From positions 1-64,000 of the forward strand of contig JAZSIR010000012.1 in the NCBI GenBank assembly GCA_045533905.1: DNA of 64,000 bases, given 5' to 3'. The notes below the pieces were generated by a model. That model was not told the DNA's origin. It did not search any database and was given only the letters and a program-made list of their open reading frames with translations. Below are positions 8,962 through 19,008 of the stretch, piece by piece (positions within the stretch are counted from its first letter, which is position 1; every line of letters begins with the position of its first letter). Source of the DNA: Clostridia bacterium. GTDB lineage: Bacteria; Bacillota; Clostridia; UMGS1883; UMGS1540. Both the position numbers and the translations under genes were made by a program.

Positions 8962-9809
8962 TTTTAGCAGAACACGTATCCTATACGTATACACCGGGTG
9001 GCCCTTTTGCAAAGACGGCTGTTTCCGATGTAAACTTCACAATTGAAGATGGGATGTTTTGCGGCCTTATCGGGCATACAGGTTCGGGGAAAACCACGCT
9101 TGTACAAATGCTTGCAGGGCTTGTTACGCCGACGGGCGGGCAGATTCTGGTGGACGGCACAGATGTGCACGACAAGAAACAGCGCCGCGCGCTCCGCGGT
9201 AAGGTAGGGCTCGTTTTTCAGTATCCGGAGTATCAGCTTTTTGGGGAGACAGTTCTGGAAGATGTGATGTTCGGGCCCCGGAATCTTGGACTTTCTGAGG
9301 AAGAGGCGGCCGCGTGTGCAAAAACTGCACTTAAAGATGTCGGCGTTTCGGAAGAGCTTTTTGGAAAATCTCCGTTTGAACTTTCCGGCGGGCAGAAACG
9401 CCGCGTTGCCATTGCGGGCGTTTTGGCGCTTCGCCCAAAAATCCTGATATTGGATGAACCTACCGCAGGTCTCGATCCCTTTGGGAGAGATGAGATACTC
9501 GGATGCATTTCTGCACTCTGGAAGCGGGAAAAGTGTACGGTGATTCTGGTTTCCCACAGTATGGAAGATATGGCGCGGTATGCGGAAAAAATATTTGTAA
9601 TGCACGGCGGGAAGCTGGCGCTTTCCGGAACGCCTGCAGAAATCTTTTCCAAAGGAGAAATTCTGCGGGAGATGGGTCTGGATGTGCCGGAAATCACACG
9701 CGTAATAGAAGGCCTTCGTGCCCGTGGCCTTTCTCTGTCGCCTGAAATTTATACACTGGAAGCGGCGGAAGCGGCAATTTTGGAGCTTTTGGGGGATAAA
9801 AATGCTTAG
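8958..9809 (+). CDS. ecfA2: ECF transporter ATPase A2
   Basis: [30 protein letters not shown]. Confidence 0.95.
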   Translation: MILAEHVSYTYTPGGPFAKTAVSDVNFTIEDGMFCGLIGHTGSGKTTLVQMLAGLVTPTGGQILVDGTDVHDKKQRRALRGKVGLVFQYPEYQLFGETVLEDVMFGPRNLGLSEEEAAACAKTALKDVGVSEELFGKSPFELSGGQKRRVAIAGVLALRPKILILDEPTAGLDPFGRDEILGCISALWKREKCTVILVSHSMEDMARYAEKIFVMHGGKLALSGTPAEIFSKGEILREMGLDVPEITRVIEGLRARGLSLSPEIYTLEAAEAAILELLGDKNA

Positions 9810-10605
9810 AAATATTACCTTGGGGCAATTTTTCCCGGGAAATTCCCCCTTGCACCATATGGACCCCCGGGTGAAAATTATATGGACGCTATTTTACGTA
9901 GTGCTCCTGTTTTTCGTAAAAAACTATACGGGCTTTCTTCTGTATGGCGTATTTACGGCATTCATTATCGCTGTTTCTGAAATCCGCCCGCGGTTTGTAT
10001 TTTCCGGGCTTCGTCCCATTCTGTTTCTTTTGTTGTTCACGGCGGCACTCAATATTTTTATGGGCGGCGGCGAAACGGTGTTATTCCGCCTTGGATTTTT
10101 AACGGCCACAAAGGAAGGTGTGTATGCGGCGGGGATTATGATGCTTCGCCTTATCTTTCTTATTATCGGCTCTTCCATGTTGACCTTTACGACTTCGCCG
10201 ATTGTACTGACAGACGGGATAGAGCACCTTCTGCGCCCGTTTTCGAAAATCGGCCTGCCTGCACACGAGATCGCGATGATGATGACGATTGCCATCCGCT
10301 TTATTCCTACCATCTTGGAGGAAACCGATAAGATTATGAAAGCGCAAACGGCGCGCGGCGCAGATTTTGAAAGCGGCAATCTCCTGCAAAGAGCAAAAGC
10401 GATGATTCCGCTTTTGATTCCGCTTTTCATAAGCGCTTTTCGCCGTGCGGATGAGCTTGCGGTTGCGATGGAATGCCGCGGGTATCACGGCGGAGAAGGC
10501 CGTACAAGAATGCACGTTCTTAAAGTTTCGTCCGTAGATATCAAATCAATTCCCTACGCAATTTTGCTCGTTTTGGGCGTTATAGCATCGAGGATGTATG
10601 TATGA
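9802..10605 (+). CDS. ecfT: ECF transporter transmembrane component T
   Basis: DPRVK, AQTARG, AMECRGY. Confidence 0.95.
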   Translation: MLRNITLGQFFPGNSPLHHMDPRVKIIWTLFYVVLLFFVKNYTGFLLYGVFTAFIIAVSEIRPRFVFSGLRPILFLLLFTAALNIFMGGGETVLFRLGFLTATKEGVYAAGIMMLRLIFLIIGSSMLTFTTSPIVLTDGIEHLLRPFSKIGLPAHEIAMMMTIAIRFIPTILEETDKIMKAQTARGADFESGNLLQRAKAMIPLLIPLFISAFRRADELAVAMECRGYHGGEGRTRMHVLKVSSVDIKSIPYAILLVLGVIASRMYV

Positions 10606-11369
10606 GAAATATAGTAATCCGCCTGATGTTTGACGGCGCGGCCTATCACGGCTTTCAGCGTCAGCATAACGGCGTCACGGTTCAGGAAAAGCTGGAGGAT
10701 GCAGTTTTTGCTATCACAGGCGCCCGCACGCCTGTAATCGGCTGCAGCCGCACGGATGCGGGCGTACACGCCCGAAGCTATGTGGCCATGTTTGAAAGCG
10801 AAACAAATATTGAGATGGAAAAACTCCCGAAAGCGCTCAACAGCGCCCTCCCGGAAGATATTCGGGTTCTCGGGGCCCGCACGGCGCCCGAAGGCTTTCA
10901 TCCGATCTTTTCCGCTATTGAGAAAACGTATGAATATACCATCGTAAACCGCCGCGTTTCTGATGTTTTCAGGCGCGCATATACCTGGTTTTATCCCAGC
11001 CTGTTAAATGTATCTCATATGCAGGAGGCGGCGCGTCATTTTCTGGGGGAACACGATTTTTGTGCTTTTATGGCCGCAGGCGGTAGTGCAAAAACGAGTG
11101 TTCGGCACATCCGGGAGCTTACAGTTTCGGAGGAAGACGGCATCATTCGGATCCGCATAACCGCAAACGGATTTTTATATAATATGGTCAGAATCATCAC
11201 GGGTACGCTTGTGTATGTAGGGAACGGGAAGCTCACACCTTCTGACATTCCGGAAATTATTGCAAGCGGTGACCGCCGCCGCGCGGGAATTACGGCGCCG
11301 CCCGAAGGGCTCGCGCTTGTTTCCACGGTATACCCGAATTTTACTTTTGAGGAGAAGGAGAATGCATAA
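10602..11369 (+). CDS. truA: tRNA pseudouridine(38-40) synthase
   Basis: SRTDAGVHA, GFLYNMVR, TAPPEGL. Confidence 0.97.
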   Translation: MRNIVIRLMFDGAAYHGFQRQHNGVTVQEKLEDAVFAITGARTPVIGCSRTDAGVHARSYVAMFESETNIEMEKLPKALNSALPEDIRVLGARTAPEGFHPIFSAIEKTYEYTIVNRRVSDVFRRAYTWFYPSLLNVSHMQEAARHFLGEHDFCAFMAAGGSAKTSVRHIRELTVSEEDGIIRIRITANGFLYNMVRIITGTLVYVGNGKLTPSDIPEIIASGDRRRAGITAPPEGLALVSTVYPNFTFEEKENA

Positions 11370-12459
11370 GCTTACAAAACGAGGCGTCTTTTATGTTTCG
11401 GTTTTTCTTTTGTTTGCCATTTTGCTCACATGGTATCTTTTGGGTGGAAAACCGCATATTTACGGCCTTTTTCGTGACGGTGCCTACGGTACAGCCGCAG
11501 AGCTGGACTCTTCTTTTACATACGCTATGCAAAAGTATAACGGCGGCGTCGCTCTTTTTGGGAAGGACGGTGTTTTAGGCATCTCCAACTCCGGCCAGAA
11601 GGCGTGGGAAGTCGATTTTCCGTGCACCGATCCGTTGCTTTCTGCAAGTGGACGGTATATTCTGGCAGCAGAACGTGGTGGGCAGTCGGTAAAGCTCATA
11701 CGGGGGCGCAAGGTCATTTATGATATGAAAACGGACGGGGAAATCATTACTGTGTCCGTCAATAAAAAAGGAACCTTCGCAGTTGTCACGAAGGAACGCG
11801 GCTACAAGGGACGTCTGCAAGTGTTCTCGCCGCGCGGGAAAGAACTGTATGCCTGGCATTCAGCAGAGCAGAATATTTTAGCGGCGGCGGTTTCGGAGGA
11901 TAATAAAAAGATTGCTGTTTCTGTTGTAAATATGCAGGAACCCGGTCGCCTTTCTGCAGTATATCAATTTGATATGAAAGAAACGGCGCCCCGCATCCTC
12001 GATGTAGGGAGTGAAAATGCAGTTTCGAATCTTCTTTATAACGGCACATTGCTTTTGGCGCTTGGGGATGAAGGCCTTTACGGCTACGATGCCAAAGGCA
12101 CACAGAAATTCAAAATCGACTATGAGGGCAGAGAACTGCAGAAATTCAGCTTCTACAGCGGCGGCATTCTGGCACTGGGGCTCGGTGGCGGCGCGGAAAG
12201 CGGTTCTCTTCTGAAATTTTACGATATGCGCGGCACAGAAAAGGGTGCCTGCCCGATAGATGGCGAAATTTTTGGGCTGGATACTTTTGGCCGCTATGCC
12301 GCCGTAAGTACGCGTGACGGTGTTTTAGTCGCACGCCAGAACGGGGACATAGTTGATAAAAAAGAAATGGGTGCAGGCGCGCAGAACGCGTTCCTTTGCG
12401 GAAGCCGCAACCGGGTATTCCTCAGGATTGGCACAAGTGCGCGTATGCACATTCTGTAA
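11362..12459 (+). CDS. Membrane-anchored beta-propeller protein (DUF5711-like)
   Basis: N-terminal TM helix, repeated beta blades, position upstream of a CvpA-family gene. Confidence 0.65.
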   Translation: MHKLTKRGVFYVSVFLLFAILLTWYLLGGKPHIYGLFRDGAYGTAAELDSSFTYAMQKYNGGVALFGKDGVLGISNSGQKAWEVDFPCTDPLLSASGRYILAAERGGQSVKLIRGRKVIYDMKTDGEIITVSVNKKGTFAVVTKERGYKGRLQVFSPRGKELYAWHSAEQNILAAAVSEDNKKIAVSVVNMQEPGRLSAVYQFDMKETAPRILDVGSENAVSNLLYNGTLLLALGDEGLYGYDAKGTQKFKIDYEGRELQKFSFYSGGILALGLGGGAESGSLLKFYDMRGTEKGACPIDGEIFGLDTFGRYAAVSTRDGVLVARQNGDIVDKKEMGAGAQNAFLCGSRNRVFLRIGTSARMHIL

Positions 12460-12470
12460 GGAGAACGGCT

Positions 12471-13073
12471 ATGATTTTAGATGCTGTTGCGATTATAATT
12501 CTCCTGTTTTCAGCCTGGCGCGGCCGGAAAATCGGCCTGTTCCGAACAGTGGCACGCTTTTTGTCGTTCGCACTTGCTACTCTTGCTACAATAGTTTGGG
12601 GTGATGCTGTACGTCTCTGGGTTTCCGAAACGCCCCTGTACGCCGTGACACTGGAGAAGGTGACGGCTTATGTGGAGGGGACGCTCGGAAAGGGCGAAAC
12701 AGCTATCCTTTCACCGTTTTTGTTTGGCGAAGCCGGTGCGACCTTTGCAAAAAGTGCGGCTGGAAATATTGTGGACACGTTGGTTTCCGTGTTGTGCTTT
12801 GTCGCTTTTTTGCTCTTCGTTCGGCTTGCGATTACTGTAATTGACAAGGCGATTTTCCGCCTGCCGCTTCTGCAACCTTTGAACAAGGGGCTCGGGATGG
12901 TTCTTTCCTTCGCATTTACTTTGGCGGTTTTTTATCTTCTGGTCGGTGGCCTCGGCAGTCTGTCTGCCTTTGAGGAAAGCGGCTTTCTGGCAGGACAAAT
13001 GGAGTCCTCACTTTTGGTGAGACATATGTATGAAAATAACTGGATGTTAAATTTGATTACAAGAAAGGGATGA
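12471..13073 (+). CDS. CvpA family membrane protein
   Basis: ILD..IIL..AWRG..GL N-terminus; LNKGLG motif; AAGGAG RBS. Confidence 0.75.
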   Translation: MILDAVAIIILLFSAWRGRKIGLFRTVARFLSFALATLATIVWGDAVRLWVSETPLYAVTLEKVTAYVEGTLGKGETAILSPFLFGEAGATFAKSAAGNIVDTLVSVLCFVAFLLFVRLAITVIDKAIFRLPLLQPLNKGLGMVLSFAFTLAVFYLLVGGLGSLSAFEESGFLAGQMESSLLVRHMYENNWMLNLITRKG

Positions 13074-13738
13074 GCTTTATGAAAGTAGCAATCGACGGAC
13101 CTGCCGGTGCAGGTAAAAGCACCATTGCCCGCGCGGCGGCAAAAACACTCGGATATATCTACATCGATACGGGCGCTATGTACCGTGCAGTAGGTCTTTT
13201 TGCTGTGCGAAACGGTATTTCCGAAGGGAAGGACCGCGAAGGCGTAATCCGCCTTTTGCCGGATATTGAAATTTCCATCTCGCACAGAGATGGGGAGCAG
13301 CGCATTTTCCTGTGCGGAGAAGATGTTTCGGAGGCGATTCGCACGCCGGAGATTTCTGTGGCCGCTTCGAATGTGGCAGTCATCCCCGAAGTGCGCCTGA
13401 AGCTTGTGGAGTTGCAGAGAGAGCTTGCGAAAAAAACGGATGTCATTATGGATGGCCGCGATATCGGCACCTATGTGCTTCCGGATGCAGAAGTGAAGAT
13501 TTTTCTCACAGCAGACGTCCGCGCCCGTGCAGAACGCCGATATAAGGAGCTTCTGGAGAAGGGAATGCAGCCTTCTTTCGACGAAGTTCTTTCGGATATG
13601 CAGTATCGCGATGCAAACGACGCCGGACGAGCCTTTGCGCCCTTGAAACAGGCGGAGGATGCCGTGCGAATCGATACAACCCAAAATACGCTTTCTGAAT
13701 CTATCGAGCGCGTAATTTCTGCTATTCGAGGTGTTTGA
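13070..13738 (+). CDS. cmk: Cytidylate kinase (start may be 13079)
   Basis: AIDGPAGAGKST, DTGAMYR, MDGRDIGT. Confidence 0.97.
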   Translation: MSFMKVAIDGPAGAGKSTIARAAAKTLGYIYIDTGAMYRAVGLFAVRNGISEGKDREGVIRLLPDIEISISHRDGEQRIFLCGEDVSEAIRTPEISVAASNVAVIPEVRLKLVELQRELAKKTDVIMDGRDIGTYVLPDAEVKIFLTADVRARAERRYKELLEKGMQPSFDEVLSDMQYRDANDAGRAFAPLKQAEDAVRIDTTQNTLSESIERVISAIRGV

Positions 13739-14336
13739 GATGTTATATAAATTCGTAAGAAAAATCGCGTGGCTTCTTGCAAAGTTTTTCTTCTTCCTTC
13801 GCATAGAGGGAGTGGAGAATATTCCGAAAGAAGGCGGCGTTGTGATTTGTGCAAACCACCGTTCTTTGTGGGATGCGGTACTCATTGCCGGCAGCATCCG
13901 CCGACCGATGGCGTATATTGCAAAGGCAGAACTTTTCAAAAACAAGCTTTTTGGCGCTGTTTTACGAAAACTGCATGCCTATCCCGTGAAAAGAGGCGGC
14001 GGTGATCTGGCGATTGCCAAAACGGCGCTTACACTCTTAAAAAACGGGGAAGCGCTTATGATTTTCCCGGAAGGGGAACGTATTCGCAAAGGGAAAAAGC
14101 CGGTACTAAAGCCCGGCGCATTTCGCCTTGCACTTATGGCAGGCGTGCCAATTGTTCCGATTGGTATCGGCGGCAACTTCCGCTGGTTCCGCAAAATGCA
14201 CGTTCGTGCAGGTCACGCCATAGATGTGGCACAATATGAAGGAAATCGCTATACGGAAGAAGAATATGCCGCCTTTATAGGTGAGGTTATGGAAAAGGTA
14301 TATGCACTTGCGGAAACGGAGCGTGCAAATGTTTAA
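13731..14336 (+). CDS. plsC: 1-acyl-sn-glycerol-3-phosphate acyltransferase
   Basis: NHRSLWD, IFPEGER. Confidence 0.9.
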   Translation: MFEMLYKFVRKIAWLLAKFFFFLRIEGVENIPKEGGVVICANHRSLWDAVLIAGSIRRPMAYIAKAELFKNKLFGAVLRKLHAYPVKRGGGDLAIAKTALTLLKNGEALMIFPEGERIRKGKKPVLKPGAFRLALMAGVPIVPIGIGGNFRWFRKMHVRAGHAIDVAQYEGNRYTEEEYAAFIGEVMEKVYALAETERANV

Positions 14337-16275
14337 TGTGGCAAAAACCGCCGGCTTTTGCTTCGGCGTGGGACGGGCTGTAAAAATTGCAGAAGAAGCC
14401 GCAAAAGAAAAGGGGAAGATATATACACTCGGGCCGCTGATTCATAATCGCGGTGAGGTGGAACGTCTTTCGGCACTCGGCGTACAGGTGATTGACAGCG
14501 TGGAGGAAGCAAAGCGGGAAGATACTGTTATCATTCGGAGCCACGGTGTCTCTCTTTCAACCGAAACTGCACTTCGTGAAAAGTGTGCCGAGGTTATCGA
14601 CGCTACCTGCCCTTTCGTAAAGCGTATTCATAAGATTGTGGAAGAGCAAAAAGAAGCCGGTTATCAGCTTGTAATTATAGGCGATGCACGCCATCCGGAA
14701 GTTTTGGGGATAAACGGGCGCTGCGGCGAAAGCGCGATTGTTATTTCCGACGAAGCGGAAGTGACAGAGAAAATCGGGCCTTCTGACCATCTCTGTGTCG
14801 TTTCTCAGACGACCTTCGAAAGAGAAAAATGGAAAAAAATTATAAATCTTATTAAAAACACTTGCAAAGACACCTGTTTTTTTGATACAATATGTAGTGC
14901 TACCAATGAGCGGCAACGCGAAGCTGGAGAAATAGCCGCTGTGTCCGATACAATGATTGTCATCGGCGACAAGAAAAGTTCGAACACGGTCAAGCTTCGG
15001 GATATCTGCAGTGCGCTTTGTCCGCGTGTATATCACGTGGAAGACAAGGCGGATTATCTGCAGGTGGCGCCCACACTTTCCGGCAACATTGGAGTGACAG
15101 CCGGCGCATCCGCACCGGACTGGATAATTAAGGAGGTTTTGTACACAATGGAAGAGAACATTCAAAAGGACGTCAGTTTTGAGGAGGAGCTCAAAAAATC
15201 GCTGGTAACCCTGTCGACGGGCGACATCGTAAAGGGTAAAGTTATTGGCATTACCCCGACCGAAGTATATGTTGACCTCGGCTACAAATCCGACGGCGTA
15301 ATTAGCGCCAGCGAACTTGCCGCAACGCCTGACGCACGGCCTGAAGATGTTGTCAAGGTAGGAGACGAGGTGGAAGTGTATGTTTATCGCGTAAGCGATG
15401 TGGAAGGAACCGTCGGTCTTTCCATCAAGAAACTGGCTTCTATCAAAGGTTGGAAGGTAGTTAATGAAGCTTTTGAAAACGGCGTCGACCTGCAGGGCAA
15501 GATCACCGAGGTTGTAAATGGCGGTGTAATCGCAGTGTCGAACGGTGTTCGTATTTTTGTACCGGCATCGCAGGCAAATGACAGATACTTAAGTGACCTT
15601 AGCGTTTTGATTGGCCGTGAAGTTCCGGTCAGAATCATCGATATCAATAAGGCACGCCGCAAGATTGTAGGTTCTATCAAGGCTATTTTGGTAGAACAGA
15701 AGGAAAAAGCAATGCAGGAATTCTGGGCCAAGATTGATGCAGGCCAGAAGGAATTTGTGGGCGTTGTAAAAACACTCACAAGCTTTGGCGCATTTGTTGA
15801 CATCGGCGGCATCGACGGTCTCGTTCACATCTCTGAACTTTCCTGGAATCACATCAAGAATCCGGCAGAAGTTGTAGCAGTTGGTGACGAGCTTACCGTT
15901 ACAATTTTGGACGCAAACCGCGAAACCGGGAAGATTTCCCTCGGCTATAAGAAGGCGGAGGACAACCCCTGGACAATCGCCAAGGAAAAACTGCACGTTG
16001 ACGATGTAGTGAAGGTAAAGGTTGTTCGCCTTGTACCATTTGGTGCATTTGCAGAAATCATCCCGGGTATTGACGGTCTCATTCACATTTCCCAGATTTC
16101 CAACAAGCGCATCGGCAAACCTGCTGATGTTCTGGCAGTTGGTGACGAAGTGGAAGCTATGATTACCGATATCAATTGGGAAACCAAGAAGGTAGCTCTC
16201 AGCATCCGCGCACTTCTTCCGGAAGAAGCAGCACCCGCAGCTGAAGAAGCAGTTTCTGAAGAAACAGAAGCATAA
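14329..16275 (+). CDS. ispH: Fused 4-hydroxy-3-methylbut-2-enyl diphosphate reductase / ribosomal protein S1
   Basis: GFCFGV, DATCPFV, TICSAT, TAGASAP followed by four S1 repeats (FGAFVDIG, DGLVHIS). Confidence 0.95.
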   Translation: MFNVAKTAGFCFGVGRAVKIAEEAAKEKGKIYTLGPLIHNRGEVERLSALGVQVIDSVEEAKREDTVIIRSHGVSLSTETALREKCAEVIDATCPFVKRIHKIVEEQKEAGYQLVIIGDARHPEVLGINGRCGESAIVISDEAEVTEKIGPSDHLCVVSQTTFEREKWKKIINLIKNTCKDTCFFDTICSATNERQREAGEIAAVSDTMIVIGDKKSSNTVKLRDICSALCPRVYHVEDKADYLQVAPTLSGNIGVTAGASAPDWIIKEVLYTMEENIQKDVSFEEELKKSLVTLSTGDIVKGKVIGITPTEVYVDLGYKSDGVISASELAATPDARPEDVVKVGDEVEVYVYRVSDVEGTVGLSIKKLASIKGWKVVNEAFENGVDLQGKITEVVNGGVIAVSNGVRIFVPASQANDRYLSDLSVLIGREVPVRIIDINKARRKIVGSIKAILVEQKEKAMQEFWAKIDAGQKEFVGVVKTLTSFGAFVDIGGIDGLVHISELSWNHIKNPAEVVAVGDELTVTILDANRETGKISLGYKKAEDNPWTIAKEKLHVDDVVKVKVVRLVPFGAFAEIIPGIDGLIHISQISNKRIGKPADVLAVGDEVEAMITDINWETKKVALSIRALLPEEAAPAAEEAVSEETEA

Positions 16276-16284
16276 TCAAAGCAT

Positions 16285-16322
16285 AAAAAGGCAGACACAG
16301 TTTACTGTTGTCTGCCTTTTTT
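16285..16322 (+). terminator. Rho-independent terminator
   Basis: AAAAAGGCAGACA..TGTCTGCCTTTTTT. Confidence 0.85.
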
Positions 16323-16382
16323 GTATTCTGCAGGCAATTTTCTAAAGGCGGAAAGAAAATGTCAGAATTTACAGAAAAAAGA

Positions 16383-16411
16383 TTGCTTTTTTTTCGCTTT
16401 TTTGGTATAAT
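16383..16411 (+). promoter_or_regulatory. Sigma-A promoter of murA
   Basis: TTGCTT-N17-TATAAT with TG. Confidence 0.65.
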
Positions 16412-16456
16412 AAAGTAGCTCTATTTCATACTTTATTTGAAAGACGGTGTAGCAGT

Positions 16457-17713
16457 TTGGAAAAACTACTGATAGAAGGCGGAAAAAGGCTTTGCGGCCG
16501 TGTACACATAAGCGGTGCAAAGAATGCTGCAATTGCCATTATCCCTGCAGTTCTCCTTGTAGAAGGCGTGTGCAGAATTGAAAATATTCCGCAGATAAAA
16601 GATGTGGAGGCCATTGTGCGCATTCTGGACTTTCTCGGTGCCCGCGTTTCCCGTCCGGCAGCCGATATCCTGGAAATTGATGCCACAGAGGTACATACAT
16701 ATAAGGCAGACTGTGAACTTGCGCGTTCCATGCGCGCTTCGTACTATCTGCTGGGGGCGCTTTTAGGGCGTTTTGGGGCTGCTGAAGTCAGTATGCCCGG
16801 TGGGTGTGACTTTGGTTCCCGCCCGATAGATTTGCATATTAAAGGCTTTGAAGCACTTGGAGCCACCGTGAAGGTGGATAGGGATGTGGTATATGCAAAT
16901 GCCGAGCATCTCTTTGCCGATTCTGTATACCTCGATTTTCCGAGCGTAGGTGCAACGATAAATATTATGCTTGCCGCCACACGTGCTTCCGGCACTACGG
17001 TGATTGAAAACGCCGCTAAAGAGCCGCACGTGGTTGACCTTGCGAACTTCCTCAATCAGATGGGCGCGAAAATCAAGGGCGCAGGGACAGATGTCATCCG
17101 CATTGCAGGCGTGGACAAGCTGCACGGCGGAACCTACAGCATTATTCCGGATCAGATTGAGGCAGGCACCTACCTTATCGCTGCGGCTGCTGCCGGGGGT
17201 GATGTAACGGTGGAAAACCTCATTCCGAAGCATATGGAATCTCTTACTGCAAAGCTTGAGGAAGCAGGCGTTACCATTGAGGAAATGGATGATTCCATCC
17301 GTGTGATTTCGGACGGGGTATTTCATAAAATCAATGTAAAAACAATGCCGTATCCGGGCTTTCCCACGGATCTGCAGCCGCAGATCGTTTCATTCCTGAC
17401 GCGTGCCGCAGGCACAAGCCTCGTGATTGAAAACGTGTGGGAATCGAGATTCCAGTATACAGAAGAACTTCGCCGTATGGGCGCCGACATTGTCATCGCG
17501 GATGAACGCGCTATTATCCACGGCGTACCGAAGCTTTTGGGAACTTCTGTAAAAGCTACGGACCTTCGTGCCGGCGCAGGTATGATTATCGCTGGCCTTA
17601 TGGCAGAAGGATTTACGCGTGTTGAAAATGTTTGCCATATTGACAGAGGCTATGAAAACCTCGTGGACAAGCTCAAAAACATCGGCGCATCCATTGTGAG
17701 GATTGACGAATAG
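16457..17713 (+). CDS. murA: UDP-N-acetylglucosamine 1-carboxyvinyltransferase
   Basis: SGAKNA, MRAS, PGGCDFGSRPID, PGFPTD, DLRAGA, HIDRGY. Confidence 0.97.
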   Translation: MEKLLIEGGKRLCGRVHISGAKNAAIAIIPAVLLVEGVCRIENIPQIKDVEAIVRILDFLGARVSRPAADILEIDATEVHTYKADCELARSMRASYYLLGALLGRFGAAEVSMPGGCDFGSRPIDLHIKGFEALGATVKVDRDVVYANAEHLFADSVYLDFPSVGATINIMLAATRASGTTVIENAAKEPHVVDLANFLNQMGAKIKGAGTDVIRIAGVDKLHGGTYSIIPDQIEAGTYLIAAAAAGGDVTVENLIPKHMESLTAKLEEAGVTIEEMDDSIRVISDGVFHKINVKTMPYPGFPTDLQPQIVSFLTRAAGTSLVIENVWESRFQYTEELRRMGADIVIADERAIIHGVPKLLGTSVKATDLRAGAGMIIAGLMAEGFTRVENVCHIDRGYENLVDKLKNIGASIVRIDE

Positions 17714-17726
17714 GGGAGAAATACAA

Positions 17727-18494
17727 ATGCTGGTTTTGCAACCGCTTTTCAGCGGAAGCAGCGGCAATGCGGTGCTTGTAGGTGACCGAGAGCACACCGT
17801 TTTGGTGGATGCGGGCGTAAGCGGAAAGCGTATTTGCGAAGCTATTACGAACTACAGGAAAACCATAAGCTCGATTGACGCAATTTTTATCACCCACGAT
17901 CATATAGACCATATTCTTTCTGCGGGAATTCTTTCCCGCAGATATCATATACCGATTTTTGCAAATGCACCTACCTGGGAAGCGATGCTCCCTTTAATCG
18001 GTGATATTCCTGCCGCCCAGCGCCGCATAATGGGCGTGGGGGAGACGGTTTCCATCGGAGAAATTTCCGCAGAATCCTTTTCCATCCCGCACGATGCGGC
18101 AGAGCCTGTGGGCTATACCTTTCAGAAGGCAGGACGGAAAATCACCATTGCAACCGATATCGGAAAAATGAGTGAAAAACTCTTTTTGTCCCTTTCCGGA
18201 AGCGATGAGATTTTGCTTGAATCAAACTATGATATTGTAATGCTCCTGAAGGGAAAGTACCCACCGGCGCTCAAACAGCGTATTTCAAGTGACCGCGGGC
18301 ATCTTTCTAATAAGGAAGCGGCGGCCTGCTGTGCTCGCCTTGCAAGCCTCGGCACAAAAAATATCATTCTGGGGCATTTGAGTAAAGAAAATAATACACC
18401 CGCACTGGCGCTTGAAGTGGCAAAGCATTACATTGAAGCCTGCGGCCTTGTCGTCGGCAGGGATGTAAGGCTTTCCGTGGCACCGCGCGGATAA
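17727..18494 (+). CDS. MBL-fold metallo-hydrolase, YycJ/WalJ-like
   Basis: SGSSGN, THDHIDH, HDAA, ESNYD, GHLSN, HLSKENN. Confidence 0.9.
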   Translation: MLVLQPLFSGSSGNAVLVGDREHTVLVDAGVSGKRICEAITNYRKTISSIDAIFITHDHIDHILSAGILSRRYHIPIFANAPTWEAMLPLIGDIPAAQRRIMGVGETVSIGEISAESFSIPHDAAEPVGYTFQKAGRKITIATDIGKMSEKLFLSLSGSDEILLESNYDIVMLLKGKYPPALKQRISSDRGHLSNKEAAACCARLASLGTKNIILGHLSKENNTPALALEVAKHYIEACGLVVGRDVRLSVAPRG

Positions 18495-18514
18495 TGAAAC
18501 ACAGGAGGAATACG

Positions 18515-18997
18515 ATGCGCATTGCAGTATATCCCGGAAGCTTTGACCCGATCACAAACGGACATATCGATATCATTGAGAGAGCCGCCGACGTCTTTGA
18601 TAAAGTATATGTGGCCATTCTCAATAACAGCAGTAAAAATCCGCTCTTCTCCGTGGAAGAGCGTAAAGAACTGATCCGGCGCGTAACGGCGCACATTCCG
18701 AATTGCGAAGTTGTTTCGTTTGAAGGGCTTTTGGTTGACTTTATGCGCGAGAAAAACGCCACGGTTATCATCAAAGGGCTTCGTGCCATAAGTGACTTTG
18801 AATATGAATTCCAGATGGCACTCATTAACCGCCAGCTTGCGCCGGAAGTCGAAACGCTCTTTATGATGACGCGTGCGCAGAACCAGTATTTAAGCTCCAG
18901 CATCGTTAAGGAGATTGCAAAGTATAGAGCATCGCTTGACGGTATGGTACCGGCCGAGATTCAAGAAGATATTTACAGAAAGATTACCGAGCGATAA
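18515..18997 (+). CDS. coaD: Pantetheine-phosphate adenylyltransferase
   Basis: YPGSFDPITNGH, GLRAISDFEYE, SSSIVKE. Confidence 0.97.
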   Translation: MRIAVYPGSFDPITNGHIDIIERAADVFDKVYVAILNNSSKNPLFSVEERKELIRRVTAHIPNCEVVSFEGLLVDFMREKNATVIIKGLRAISDFEYEFQMALINRQLAPEVETLFMMTRAQNQYLSSSIVKEIAKYRASLDGMVPAEIQEDIYRKITER

Positions 18998-19008
18998 GGA
19001 GAGGCAGG

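Noticed and set aside
14329-16275. ispH-rpsA fusion as a novelty
   Set aside because: It is a known, common arrangement in Clostridia; only the internal start is reported as a finding.
16457-17713. Fosfomycin-resistant MurA
   Set aside because: The active-site Cys (PGGCDFG) is retained.
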